In this document: positions 21,001 through 29,830 of the stretch, piece by piece | Position numbering within the stretch: position 1 is the stretch's first letter | How the letters are laid out: each line of letters opens with the position of its first letter | Assembly: GCA_028278555.1 (NCBI GenBank) | Contig: JANQEA010000072.1 | Location: forward strand, 39,195-103,194 | Direction of reading: 5' to 3' | Source of the DNA: Candidatus Bipolaricaulota bacterium | GTDB taxonomy: Bacteria > Bipolaricaulota > Bipolaricaulia > UBA7950 > UBA9294 | DNA length: 64,000 nucleotides | Position numbers and translations under genes: made by a program | The notes under the pieces: generated by a model | What the model was told of the DNA's origin: nothing | Database searches by the model: none | The model's input: only the letters and a program-made list of their open reading frames with translations

Positions 21001-22572
21001 CTCCTCTGTTCCCGTCTGGTACTTCGTCGAGGACGCGATCAGGTTGTCCGAGGGATCGTACAGATACAGGTCGTAATCGGACGACGCCTGCGGCCAGTCG
21101 TTCCACGTCAGGAAGAGCACGATCTGCGCCCCCGCGGTGGCGGAAAGCGTGACCTCCTGGTCGAGCCAACCGTCGGAGTTGCCGTCGGAGAAGATCCCCT
21201 CCCAATGGCTCTCCGCCTCGTTTCCTGCAGCGTTCACCCAGAGAATGCCTCCGGAGATCGCACGTCGAGCCGTGTCGGCAATCGTCCCCGTCCCGTCGTA
21301 GAAGTTGGTGTTGTACCACCCGAGGGAGTGGTTGATGATGTCAATCCCGCGGCTGAGGCAGTAGGTGACCGCGGCATCGAGGTCGACTTCGTCGGCAATC
21401 TTGATCAGATGAAGCTCAGCCGACGGAGCGACGTCATGAATGATCTCGGCGACGGCGGTTCCGTGGGTGATCCCAGAGGTCAAACCGGTTCCGGTCAGGT
21501 CGTTCTGCTGCACGGAGTACGGGAGATCTCCGTTTGCCTGTGCCTGCGAGAGCCCGGCGAAGCCGAGATCGATGACGGCGATCTTGACGCCGTTCCCGTC
21601 GAGCCCCGCGGCATGGAATGCATTGGCACCGATGGCCGAAACGCCTTGGCTTGACGTCGCAAGCGGAAAGGGAACGTACGGCGGACGGATGAACGAGATG
21701 CCGCTGACACGGCTGGCAAGATCGGAGAGCTGCTCAAGTGAGACGGTCGCCTTGACGAGCGACGAGGTCGTCTCGATCGCCGCTCGACCGACGCCGATCG
21801 AAGCGAGCGCAGCCGCAGTCGACGTGGCACTCCGCCCCGGCGACGACCTGAGAACGACGGTGATCGTCCCGGTTGCGGGAGAGAACGGGATGCCGAACTG
21901 CGCGGCAACACCGGCGAGAGCCGGCCCCACCCCCACTCCCGCCGTTGGTCCGCCGGCTGCCGAGGATGGCGTGCTCGTCGCGAGGCGTGCGGCCTCGAGG
22001 ACCGCCTCGAGCGCTCCGTCGAGGATCGGGTTGTGGTCCGAGGCAGGCAGCTTCTGCTTCGAGATCGAGGCAACGGCCGTTTGAGGCGTCGAGGGGACCT
22101 CAACGGAAGTCGTGCTGCCTGATGCGGCGTGAACGAGGAACTCGACGGCCAGCTCCCGATCCTCCGGCCATTCGATCACAGCAAGAAACCACCCGGTGGC
22201 GAACGGCAGCGGGACGCCGGCGACGCGACCACCGAGGGTGATCGTCCGGACACCGCGTGCGGCGAGGGCCGCCGCTTCCTCCTTGAGGTCGACAAGGTAC
22301 CGGGCGAGGGATGAACCCCAGCTTTCGGGGACCATCACCAGATGCAGCTCGCCCGACTTGCGGAACGACTGCATGACGATCTGCTGGGCGATGTCCGTCT
22401 GCCGATAGGTCTGAAGGTCGACCGACGCGTCGAACCGCGCGGTGAAGGACCGGACGATCCCTTCCCACTCCGCTTCGGTCTGCTGCTCGATCCCGACAAT
22501 CAGGTCCGCCTGGCCCAAAGCAGGAAGCGCCACGAGCCCGAGGAACAACACGACGAGGATGCTTCGCTTCAT
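18067..22572 (-). CDS. Giant secreted S8 (subtilisin-family) peptidase with PKD, CARDB-like and PEGA-like domains
   Basis: Signal peptide MKRSILVVLFLGLVALPALG (ATG 22572). Catalytic triad contexts KIAVIDLGF / GITHGTAVAEII / HGTSGAAPFAAGAAALL. Four PKD-like repeats (...DPDGAIVSYAWTFGDG...). PEGA-like SSPSGATVELDGSPIGTTP. Confidence 0.85.
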   Translation of the reverse strand: MKRSILVVLFLGLVALPALGQADLIVGIEQQTEAEWEGIVRSFTARFDASVDLQTYRQTDIAQQIVMQSFRKSGELHLVMVPESWGSSLARYLVDLKEEAAALAARGVRTITLGGRVAGVPLPFATGWFLAVIEWPEDRELAVEFLVHAASGSTTSVEVPSTPQTAVASISKQKLPASDHNPILDGALEAVLEAARLATSTPSSAAGGPTAGVGVGPALAGVAAQFGIPFSPATGTITVVLRSSPGRSATSTAAALASIGVGRAAIETTSSLVKATVSLEQLSDLASRVSGISFIRPPYVPFPLATSSQGVSAIGANAFHAAGLDGNGVKIAVIDLGFAGLSQAQANGDLPYSVQQNDLTGTGLTSGITHGTAVAEIIHDVAPSAELHLIKIADEVDLDAAVTYCLSRGIDIINHSLGWYNTNFYDGTGTIADTARRAISGGILWVNAAGNEAESHWEGIFSDGNSDGWLDQEVTLSATAGAQIVLFLTWNDWPQASSDYDLYLYDPSDNLIASSTKYQTGTEEPTESIQVSASTSGTYTIRIQGSGHKSLELFSLNHSLSPVVASSSILAPANVSEVIAVGAIDHAHYTTGPQEPYSSRGPTNDGRTKPDLCAPDKTSTGTAPYTTFHGTSGAAPFAAGAAALLLDQNPSLNEPALRARLLSQTIPMGSPNIFGNGRLSLFPPTSPNQSPTAAFTFSPPSPLAGAPVSFNGTNSTDPDGAIVSYAWTFGDGANGSSPTTSHVYATPGSYTARLTVTDDDGATDTASSTIYVSAPANQPPTASFTVSPGSGPAGTLFLYNAAASFDPDGAIVSYQWEYGDGSFGTGQTSQHVYATPGTYTVRLTILDDDSASDTTTRTVSVQSAGAPDLVIQNMVHSPTSPTIGQNVAFTITVRNAGNAGAGLFRVRLVGSASSTQTYVTQLAAGASQTFTLALPLTTSPETFTATADDLGQVAESNESNNTRSSTVASAAVPPSADAGGPYAGIPGSAIVFDGSGSTGQITTYLWSFGDGTTGQGISVSHAYASPGTYPVTLTVYGQGGLQSTDSTQAVIAAVGPPLSVQLSIPRTTYEVGEAISVTFTTNRTAYVYLCDVAADGRVTLMLPNWIEPGNPLSAGTYVVPGGPYTLRITEPIGTETLYLFAAASPLPQFPTSFGSGFPQLSTNPTAFRNSVLNTMQTQLPSGDWAYDTLSFQVVSAPPAGGTLQVFSSPSGATVELDGSPIGTTPLTRQDVAPGVHTVRLSRSGYATETRQVVITAGQTSTVSVTLTPVVSNQPPIASFTYAPLGPTVGEVVQFDASGSHDPDGSIAAYTWTFGDGTSGSGAIATRAFSAPGSYSVRLVVTDNDGATTSEMTTVSVTEPETGVWVSPTAADDVDGWADEKKVFDNKLETYAESRVQRSGSWSPTLVLHAPGGGLLSDGLRLRINGFVHIEYDPTLRLDIDVYRNGQWVDVFDDVVELSKWVEIPYAQGTVAKARIRVTASEARTVQVFLHEFDFRDASAVP

Positions 22573-22585
22573 GGCATCTCCTTTG

Positions 22586-23368
22586 TTACGGAACGGACGG
22601 GCGGTATGGCGTGCGCACGTAGCTGACGCCGCCTGATCGAGCCAAGGCAAGCAATCGATCGATCGGGAGAGAGAGCTTCACGAGTCCCTCGGCTTCTTCG
22701 ATGACGTACGGCGTGAACGCAGCGTCGAGGGACGCGCCTGCGTCGATCTCCGCGACGACTTCGACACGAAGGCCACTGAGAGTGAGTCCCACGCTCGCGG
22801 CATAGTCGAACCAATCGCGTGCGATCAGCAGGCTGTACAGCGTCGATTCGATCGCGACATCGGCCGGGGGTGGCGGCCCCTTGGGATCGTCCTTCCGGAA
22901 CGAGTCGATATTCAGGTTCGCTTCATGGCCCAGAACCCCGAGCGATTGGAGTTCGCCGAGCACGGCGCCAAGGACGTCCGACACGGCCAGGTCGCGAAGC
23001 GGGTCGATGACCAATTCGTAGGCCGGATCGGACGGGCGAACGGTGAATGCGAACCCATCCCCAACACCGCGCAAGAGGATCCGCTCACGATCGACGATCA
23101 GCAGCTGTGCGTCCGTCGAGACGGCTTCCGGAGCGATTGGGTCGCCTCCCCGATAGCCTTGGGCCGTGTCCCCGTCATAGAGGATCACGGAGTATCCGCT
23201 CGATTGCACCGCCTGTTGGATCGACTCGGCGTCAGATGCAATCGGACCGAGAGACAGAAGGTAGTAGTGGGTCTGCAGGAAACTCGTCGTGGCGTGCGCT
23301 GCTCCGACGGACAGCAGGCTCATGAGTAGAGCGGCAAGAAGAAAGGCCGCGTGGGTGCGTCGCGTCAT
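22586..23368 (-). CDS. Secreted hypothetical protein
   Basis: ATG 23368 gives the signal peptide MTRRTHAAFLLAALLMSLLSVGAAHA. It ends 14 nt upstream of the S8 peptidase start on the same strand. Confidence 0.5.
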   Translation of the reverse strand: MTRRTHAAFLLAALLMSLLSVGAAHATTSFLQTHYYLLSLGPIASDAESIQQAVQSSGYSVILYDGDTAQGYRGGDPIAPEAVSTDAQLLIVDRERILLRGVGDGFAFTVRPSDPAYELVIDPLRDLAVSDVLGAVLGELQSLGVLGHEANLNIDSFRKDDPKGPPPPADVAIESTLYSLLIARDWFDYAASVGLTLSGLRVEVVAEIDAGASLDAAFTPYVIEEAEGLVKLSLPIDRLLALARSGGVSYVRTPYRPSVP

Positions 23369-23428
23369 TCGGGCCTCCTTTTCATCCTTTCCATGCTGCA
23401 CGTACACAGGATGGAGAACGAAGTTCCG

Positions 23429-24859
23429 TCAGTACGGAAGGTCGAATTCGCGGAGGAGTTCCTCGAGCTCGCAGGCACACGACGTCTCGAACGCGGCGAT
23501 CAGATCGCGCGGCGATGCGATCTTCCCGTCGTTCTGCGCGTAGTAGTCGGCGAGCGCGGTGAAGAAGGGCGTATCGCCGATCGCTTGGCGGACGGCGTGG
23601 ATGAAGACGCCGCTGCCGCTGTAGATGAGGCGCGAGTAGGTCGACGACTCGCCGAAGGCGTAGATCGGGCTGGCAATCGTCTCGTGGGATGCTTCGAGAC
23701 GGACGGCCTTGTAGGTGTCTTCCCATCTTCCGAGGACGTTTTCGGCGACGCCGGGCGCGGCGTACGCATCGAGGTAGAGGTAGGAGAGGTACGTGGCGAG
23801 GGACTCATCGAGCCAGGGGTGCTCGACCGGATCGCTCCCGACCCCGCCGTAGAACCATTGGTGCGCGACCTCGTGCGAGATGATGATGTCGTAGAAGACG
23901 TCGTCCGGATCCTCGGCGAAGGACGTGCCAACGAGGATCAGCCCGGAGAACTCGACGCCGGCCGCCACTTGCAGCGGCACTTCGGCAAACTCGACCTCGG
24001 CGTAAGGCGGTCCACCGAACAACCCCGAGAAGAGCCTCAGCGACTTGATCCCCCGATCCATGGTGGTCTCCGCGGCGCGTCCCTTCTCGGACGTGAACCA
24101 CGTTCGAACGGACAAGCCGTCCCCCTCGGCGACCTGCTGGACGTACCCGTCGAGGAGGACGGCGGAGAAGTCGCGTGCACGCGCGACGGCGTAGCGATGG
24201 ACCGAGAACTCGTCCTCCTCGGAGTGCGCGACCAACCGGCCGGACGCGGCGACGTCGATCCCGACTGGAACGGTCAGGGTTACGTCGTAGGTCGCCGCAT
24301 CGCTCATCAGCGCGTCGCCGAACGCGAAGACCGGCTCGAGGCCCCATCCAGCCTCGGTGCGGAACGCGAGGACCGGATAGAAGGCCGTCAGGGTCATCGC
24401 GTGTGGGGTGCGTGTCAACAGGCCATAGACACGAGGCGACGAGGGTCCTTGGCGCCAGTCCTCGGCGTTTCCCTCGAACGCGAACGTGACAACGAGGCGA
24501 TCGCCTGGCAGGAGCGGCTCGGGGAGAGGGACGAGGAGGACCGTCCCCTCGACGTACAACGCTGTCTCGATTCGGCGATCCTCGATGCGGGTCTCTGTCA
24601 CACGGATCGAGGCGGTTCCGTAGATGCCGGCTCCGTTCGCGTAGAGTCGGAAGAAGAGCTCGTTCAGCTCGGAGCCGGTCGTGTTCTCGTACGCGACCTG
24701 GACTTCACCGGCGAACGTTCCCGCTTCGTAGTCGACGTGCAAGTCGATCGTGTAGTGAGGTGCTTCTGCCGCGACGCAGAGGGAGAGCACGCCGATGAGA
24801 AGGATCCCCAGAATCAATCCGATCGATCCGTCGACTCGGCTCTTCAAGTGTCTTCCCAT
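23429..24859 (-). CDS. M1-family zinc metallopeptidase (aminopeptidase N-like), membrane-anchored or secreted
   Basis: HEVAHQWFYG...HPWLDESLATY (HExxH plus distal E). N-terminal hydrophobic anchor. Confidence 0.85.
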   Translation of the reverse strand: MGRHLKSRVDGSIGLILGILLIGVLSLCVAAEAPHYTIDLHVDYEAGTFAGEVQVAYENTTGSELNELFFRLYANGAGIYGTASIRVTETRIEDRRIETALYVEGTVLLVPLPEPLLPGDRLVVTFAFEGNAEDWRQGPSSPRVYGLLTRTPHAMTLTAFYPVLAFRTEAGWGLEPVFAFGDALMSDAATYDVTLTVPVGIDVAASGRLVAHSEEDEFSVHRYAVARARDFSAVLLDGYVQQVAEGDGLSVRTWFTSEKGRAAETTMDRGIKSLRLFSGLFGGPPYAEVEFAEVPLQVAAGVEFSGLILVGTSFAEDPDDVFYDIIISHEVAHQWFYGGVGSDPVEHPWLDESLATYLSYLYLDAYAAPGVAENVLGRWEDTYKAVRLEASHETIASPIYAFGESSTYSRLIYSGSGVFIHAVRQAIGDTPFFTALADYYAQNDGKIASPRDLIAAFETSCACELEELLREFDLPY

Positions 24860-24871
24860 CCAGCTTCCCTT

Positions 24872-25990
24872 CTACGTGTCGAGCACGCTCCGATAGATCG
24901 CCTCGTACTGCGGGACGAGATTCCGATAGTCGAACGCTTCGGCAGCAGCGGCCTTCGCCGCTTCGCAGAAATGTCGTCGAAGGTCGTTGTCCTGCAGGAG
25001 GCGAACAGCATGCTCCGTCATCTGCCGGACGTCTCCGACCGGAGCAAGGTATCCGGTCGAGCCGTGGCGGACGACTTCCGGAATCCCGCCGATGTCGCTG
25101 GCGATCACGGGAACGCCGCTTGCCATCGCCTCGAGCGCGACGAGACCGAAGCTCTCCGTCGAACTCGGAAGGAGAAGGAGATCAGCGGCGGCGAGGAGCG
25201 GTGCAACGCGATCGACGACGCCGACAAATGTGACGCGCTCGAGGACGCCGAGCTCCTCCGCCAGTTCTCGAGCAACCGGGATCTCCGGTCCATCGCCGAC
25301 GAGGATCAGCCGTGCGTCGAGAACGGCGGAGACCTCTGCGAACGTCGCCACAACGTCGCGTACGCGCTTGACCGGACGGTAGTTGGAGATGTGCATCAGC
25401 GTCTTCTGGGTACGTCGCGTGCAGTCCGGAATGCAGTGGCACGTCTCCAACTGGTGCCGCTCGGGATCGATGAAGTTGTAGACGACAGAGAGTTCGCGTT
25501 CGACAGGGAATTGGCGAAGCGTCTCATCCTTCAGCCAGTTCGATACGACGGTCACAGCGTCTGCGCTCTGGATGGTCATCGTGGTGACCGGCTTGAACGA
25601 CGCGTTGTTGCCGACGAGGGTGATGTCGGTTCCGTGAAGCGTCAGAACGACCTTCAGATCGCGCTCGGCGACGATCTGCTTGGCGAGGAGGGCTGCGGCG
25701 CCGAACGGGATCGCATAGTGGGCGTGGAGGATGTCCAGCTCCTTCAGCCGGGCGACCTCGGCCATCTTCGATGCGAGCGCGAGCGTGTACGGGAAGTGCT
25801 TCAGCAACGGGTATTGTTCGATCTCGACCTCGTGGAAGCTAACCCGCGGCGGGAGCTCCGTCAGCCGGAGGGGAGCAGCGTAGCTGATGAACGCGACCTC
25901 GTGCTTGCGCTCGGCGAGGTGTTTCCCCAGTTCGGTGGCGACGACGCCACTCCCGCCGTGCGTCGGATAGCAGCAGATTCCGATACGCAA
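24872..25990 (-). CDS. bshA: N-acetyl-alpha-D-glucosaminyl L-malate synthase BshA (GT4)
   Basis: MRIGICCYPTHGGSGVVATELGKHLAERKHEV...HEVEIEQYPLLKHFPYTLALASKMAEV...LHAHYAIP closely follows the Bacillus BshA (YpjH) N-terminus as I recall it. Confidence 0.9.
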   Translation of the reverse strand: MRIGICCYPTHGGSGVVATELGKHLAERKHEVAFISYAAPLRLTELPPRVSFHEVEIEQYPLLKHFPYTLALASKMAEVARLKELDILHAHYAIPFGAAALLAKQIVAERDLKVVLTLHGTDITLVGNNASFKPVTTMTIQSADAVTVVSNWLKDETLRQFPVERELSVVYNFIDPERHQLETCHCIPDCTRRTQKTLMHISNYRPVKRVRDVVATFAEVSAVLDARLILVGDGPEIPVARELAEELGVLERVTFVGVVDRVAPLLAAADLLLLPSSTESFGLVALEAMASGVPVIASDIGGIPEVVRHGSTGYLAPVGDVRQMTEHAVRLLQDNDLRRHFCEAAKAAAAEAFDYRNLVPQYEAIYRSVLDT

Positions 25991-26005
25991 TCCGTCCTCC
26001 TTCCG

Positions 26006-26722
26006 CTAGAACGACTTGAAGTCCAGTGTCAGTGGATCGGCGACCGCAAGGTGCCCGCGGATGAGGAACCCCTCGCCGTAGCGGGCGTGGATTCTCGCCC
26101 CGTAGTAGGCCATCCGGCTTCGGATCAGCCAGTCGGTGGTCGGGGCCGTCAGGCGCGTCGGCGGGTCGGGCGAGCCGTCCGGTCGAAACTGAGTGGAGTA
26201 CGCGTAGATCGATTCCATCTTCCGCTCGAACTGATCGGTGACATCGACAATGAACGTCGGATCGAACTCGTACCACCCCATGTAATAGATGAGCCGCGTC
26301 GGGCGATGCCGTTCCTGGCCGGTGTCGAACCGAGACAGGCCGGCGAGGAACGTCCCCTCGTAGACGAGCCGCGAAGCATGGGAATGGTCCGGATGACGGT
26401 CCTCCCAGTACGGGAGGAAGACGGTCTCCGGGCGCCAGCGGCGAACCGCTTCGGCGACGCGTCGGCGCCCCTCGGCGGTCACCCGGATGTGCCCGTCCTC
26501 CAGTCCGAGGTTCTCACGGTCCACGGCACCGAGGATCTCGGCCCCCTTCGCCGCTTCCTCGGCGCGGATCTCGACGCTCCCGCGCGTCCCCATCTCCCCG
26601 CGGACGAGGTCGACGAGGACCACCCTGCGGCCCGCATCGCTTAGCTTGATCATCGTGCCGCCGCACCCGATCTCGATGTCGTCGGGATGGGCGCCGAAGA
26701 CGAGCACGTCCGCGCTATTCAT
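26006..26722 (-). CDS. bshB1: Bacillithiol biosynthesis deacetylase BshB1 (LmbE/PIG-L family)
   Basis: VLVFGAHPDDIEIGCGGT, YWEDRHPDHSHA and AYSTQF match the LmbE-type zinc deacetylase and BshB1 pattern. Confidence 0.85.
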   Translation of the reverse strand: MNSADVLVFGAHPDDIEIGCGGTMIKLSDAGRRVVLVDLVRGEMGTRGSVEIRAEEAAKGAEILGAVDRENLGLEDGHIRVTAEGRRRVAEAVRRWRPETVFLPYWEDRHPDHSHASRLVYEGTFLAGLSRFDTGQERHRPTRLIYYMGWYEFDPTFIVDVTDQFERKMESIYAYSTQFRPDGSPDPPTRLTAPTTDWLIRSRMAYYGARIHARYGEGFLIRGHLAVADPLTLDFKSF

Positions 26723-28277
26723 CCGTATCCCCCAGAGTCACGACGTTGTGCGCATATTCGCTGGGATCGGCGGAGGACTCAAGCCGATCGATCCACCGAA
26801 GGCCGTGTCGTGCGGCGACGTGAACCAGAGAGAGCACTCTCTCCTGCGGCTTCCCTGTCGGACGGATCTCCGTCTTCAGACGTCGAAGCTCGCGAAGCGA
26901 GATGCCGCTCCGGGCTAGATCGGCTCGGATAGCGCGTTCTTCCAGCCCATCGATCTGCTGCTGGATACGGTCGTCGGTCTGCTTCCATCGCGCCTGGAGG
27001 CCAGGATCGAGGGCTACCAGCGGCTCGAGGAGCGGCTCGAGCGCCGTCCGTACGGCCGAGCGGCGCAGCGCGAACGCTTCGAGAAGGTCCGGCGAGACGA
27101 ACGGGTGGACGGCGGCCTCAGGATCGAACGTCTCGCTCAACACGTCAGTGACGGTCAGTCCGCACCGTTCGAGGAGGGCTGCATGGTGCGGTGCGACGAG
27201 CGTGTAGCCGTAACGCGGCAGAAGGATCGGCTGCGGGATCCCGAAGGACCGGTAGAGCGGGCGGATCATCGCCTGATAGGCGATTTCGCTTGCTCCAAGA
27301 ATGCTCGCGATGGTCGGGAAGAGGGAATCGACCAGAATCGGGCGGAGGAGCGCATCGGGAGAGTAGGCATCCGGGTTCGTCCTACTGTGGGCCTCATGCT
27401 CTGACGGGTCGGTGACCCGCACGCGGCGGCCGTCGGCACCGAACGTGAAGAGACCTCCTGCAACCGAGGGATCGATCGGAGCCGGGTAATCGGCTCGCCT
27501 GAGCGCCTCGGCGGACGCGGTCAGATCGGCTCGGATTCGGTCGGCCGATGCGAGCGCCCGCGGGAAGAAGTCGCCGGCCATCGAACGGACGGTCCTCGGC
27601 TCGACGAGGACGAGTCCCTTGTCGGCGAACAGGCGGGCCCAGATCCTCGCGTGCCACATGGCATAGTCGTCGGACGGCTCCGGGAGGAACACGTCACGGT
27701 CAGACCCACGCGCCTCCGGGAAGAACGCGAGCGCTTCATCCGTCGCGGCGCGGATCTCCTCGGTGATCGGGAGTCGCTCGATCGGGCGTCCGCGATCGCT
27801 CCAATCGAACAAGACCGTCCGGAGGTCGCCCGACTCGGCGAGGAATCGGACCCGGTTGATCTCGGTGAAATCGTGATCCTCGCTTGCCAACCAGAAGATC
27901 GGCACGACGCGTCGCTGAAGCCGCTCGGCGAGGGTTTCGGCAGCACGGAGTACGGAAAGGGCCTTGTAAACCGTGAACAGCGGGCCGCCGAGGAAGCCAA
28001 CCTGCTGCCCTCCGATGACGCAGAGGCTGTCGGGCGTCGCAAGTGCATCGATGTTGGCCCGCACAGCGGCGGCGGATCCGAGTCGCTCGTTGTAGGCCCG
28101 CAAACGATCGGCGAGCTCTTCCCGAGGAAAGGAGACGGCGAGCCTCGCCTCGGCGGCCTCGGCCAGCGCGTCGGGCGGATGCTCGAAGAACTCGAGCGCC
28201 GACTGCTTCCTCTCGATGTAATCGAGGAAGAAACGGTTCTCCGGATGGAGCAGCCGAGGATCGATCTTCTCATTCAT
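26715..28277 (-). CDS. bshC: Bacillithiol biosynthesis cysteine-adding enzyme BshC
   Basis: VIGGQQVGFLGGPLFTVYKALSVL...VPIFWLASEDHDFTEINRV matches the BshC (YllA) signature GGQQ...GPLYT..K...IFW.AGEDHD..EIN. Confidence 0.9.
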   Translation of the reverse strand: MNEKIDPRLLHPENRFFLDYIERKQSALEFFEHPPDALAEAAEARLAVSFPREELADRLRAYNERLGSAAAVRANIDALATPDSLCVIGGQQVGFLGGPLFTVYKALSVLRAAETLAERLQRRVVPIFWLASEDHDFTEINRVRFLAESGDLRTVLFDWSDRGRPIERLPITEEIRAATDEALAFFPEARGSDRDVFLPEPSDDYAMWHARIWARLFADKGLVLVEPRTVRSMAGDFFPRALASADRIRADLTASAEALRRADYPAPIDPSVAGGLFTFGADGRRVRVTDPSEHEAHSRTNPDAYSPDALLRPILVDSLFPTIASILGASEIAYQAMIRPLYRSFGIPQPILLPRYGYTLVAPHHAALLERCGLTVTDVLSETFDPEAAVHPFVSPDLLEAFALRRSAVRTALEPLLEPLVALDPGLQARWKQTDDRIQQQIDGLEERAIRADLARSGISLRELRRLKTEIRPTGKPQERVLSLVHVAARHGLRWIDRLESSADPSEYAHNVVTLGDTDE

Positions 28278-29038
28278 GGTGCAGAGGCCTCGCCCGGCTT
28301 GCGTGCGACGGCGATCAGCCGCGGGCTGGTCGCGTCGTGAGGACGTCCGTCGAGTGCGCCATGCAACCGGACATCGATCAGCCTGGCCCGCTCGAGAAGG
28401 GCGTGCAACTCCTCTGCAGCATACATCCGGACCGACTCGTGATAGACCTTCGGTGTTTCACCCTCGCCTTCGATGCGGATCGTCTTCTCGACGCGGCGTC
28501 GATTGTCGGAGATCCTTCGTTCGATCCGAATGTGGGTCGAATCGATCGTCCTTTCGCTCAATGGCTCCAGATCCTCGATGACTCGCACGCGATTGAGCGT
28601 GTCGAGCAGGAATGTGCCCCCGGGCCTGAGGGCATCATAGACCGAATGGAGGACCGCTTCGTCCTCGGTCGGCTCGTTGAAGTAGCCGAACGACGTGAAC
28701 AGCGAGAGGATCGTCGCGAACTGCGAACGGAACGGGATCTGTCGCATGTCCGCCCGAATCAGCCGCACTCGATCGGAGTTGCTGCCGCCGAGGCGATGCT
28801 GGGCTACGTCGAGGAGGTGCTCCGAGAGGTCGATCCCGGTCAGGTCAGTGAACCCGGCCTCGAGGAGCGCGACAAGATGCCTTCCGGCTCCGCAGCAGAG
28901 GTCGAGGAGCGGCTCGGACGCAGGCGGATCGATCAGTCGGAAGATCGCCGCGACGTCGGACCGCGCCTCCGCGTCGTCTCGATGCGGGTAGAGCGCGAGA
29001 TAATCCCTTCCGAACGCCTGCTCGTACCAGTCGGTCAC
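28274..29038 (-). CDS. Class I SAM-dependent methyltransferase
   Basis: Motif I LLDLCCGAGRH. The start overlaps the upstream stop by 4 nt, and the stop overlaps the bshC start by 4 nt. Confidence 0.8.
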   Translation of the reverse strand: MTDWYEQAFGRDYLALYPHRDDAEARSDVAAIFRLIDPPASEPLLDLCCGAGRHLVALLEAGFTDLTGIDLSEHLLDVAQHRLGGSNSDRVRLIRADMRQIPFRSQFATILSLFTSFGYFNEPTEDEAVLHSVYDALRPGGTFLLDTLNRVRVIEDLEPLSERTIDSTHIRIERRISDNRRRVEKTIRIEGEGETPKVYHESVRMYAAEELHALLERARLIDVRLHGALDGRPHDATSPRLIAVARKPGEASAP

Positions 29039-29676
29039 TCGATCCCGTGTTCTTTCTTGTACGCCGCCCAGTTCCTCTTCAGATCGATGAACGATTCGAC
29101 GTCCGAGTGGAGGAGGAACGGGTTCGTCTCCCGTTCGTGCTGGATCGTCGATTCGGGCTCTGCGCCGACATCGTGCCCCGGGAAGATGCGCGTCTCATCC
29201 GGGAGCGTCAGGAGTTTCTTGTGGAGCGAGTCGTACTGCGTCCTCGCTCCGTCGCTGAGGTCGGTTCCACCGACCTTGCCGACGAAGAGGGTGTCTCCGG
29301 TGAACAGGGCATCCCCAATGTGAAGGCAGATCGAGTCGGACGTGTGCCCCGGGGTGTGAACGATCCTCACCGCGAGCTCGCCGAGCGAGAAGACGACGTC
29401 ATCTGCGACCGCCTGGCCTGTTTCGGGATCGGTCTCCCCGAAGAGGAGCGGGCGGATACCGGAGAGCCGCTCGAACTCGGCGTTCCCATTGGTGTGATCA
29501 TGGTGATCGTGCGTGCAGAACGCGCGGACGATCGTCAAACCGTTCTCCTGTGCGACGCGGACGACCTCCCCGGGCGTGTACGAGGGGTCGACGGCGACGG
29601 CCGATCGAGTCGCTTCGTCGGCGATGACGTACGCGAAGTTCCGATCTCCGCCGGTTTGGATTTGGTGAACGAGCAC
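29035..29676 (-). CDS. MBL-fold hydrolase (glyoxalase II / persulfide dioxygenase-like)
   Basis: GDRNFAYVI...CTHDHHDHTNG (HxHxDH), HTPGHT, PGHD. GTG 29676 (VLVHQIQ) follows AAGGAG with 5-nt spacing. The track ORF to 29988 is an over-extension. Confidence 0.75.
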   Translation of the reverse strand: MLVHQIQTGGDRNFAYVIADEATRSAVAVDPSYTPGEVVRVAQENGLTIVRAFCTHDHHDHTNGNAEFERLSGIRPLLFGETDPETGQAVADDVVFSLGELAVRIVHTPGHTSDSICLHIGDALFTGDTLFVGKVGGTDLSDGARTQYDSLHKKLLTLPDETRIFPGHDVGAEPESTIQHERETNPFLLHSDVESFIDLKRNWAAYKKEHGIE

Positions 29677-29830
29677 GGGTCTCCTTTCTGGTTGCACTTT
29701 GGTCGGGCAGCTCTCGATTCTACGCAGGAAGCGAGTGTCGCCGCAATGCCGCGGCTTGCCGAGTTTCTGTTCATATGTTATCCTCACTTCTCTGATCTTC
29801 GGTATCGGCGCGCTAGGAATGGAGGTTCGA

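Noticed and set aside
23351-26644. Very long plus-strand ORF (1097 aa), the third-longest in the track
   Set aside because: It runs antisense to the M1 peptidase, bshA and bshB1, all of which carry unmistakable family motifs. Its own product is Arg/Asp/Glu/Gly-rich low complexity with no motif. This is a typical shadow ORF of high-GC DNA.
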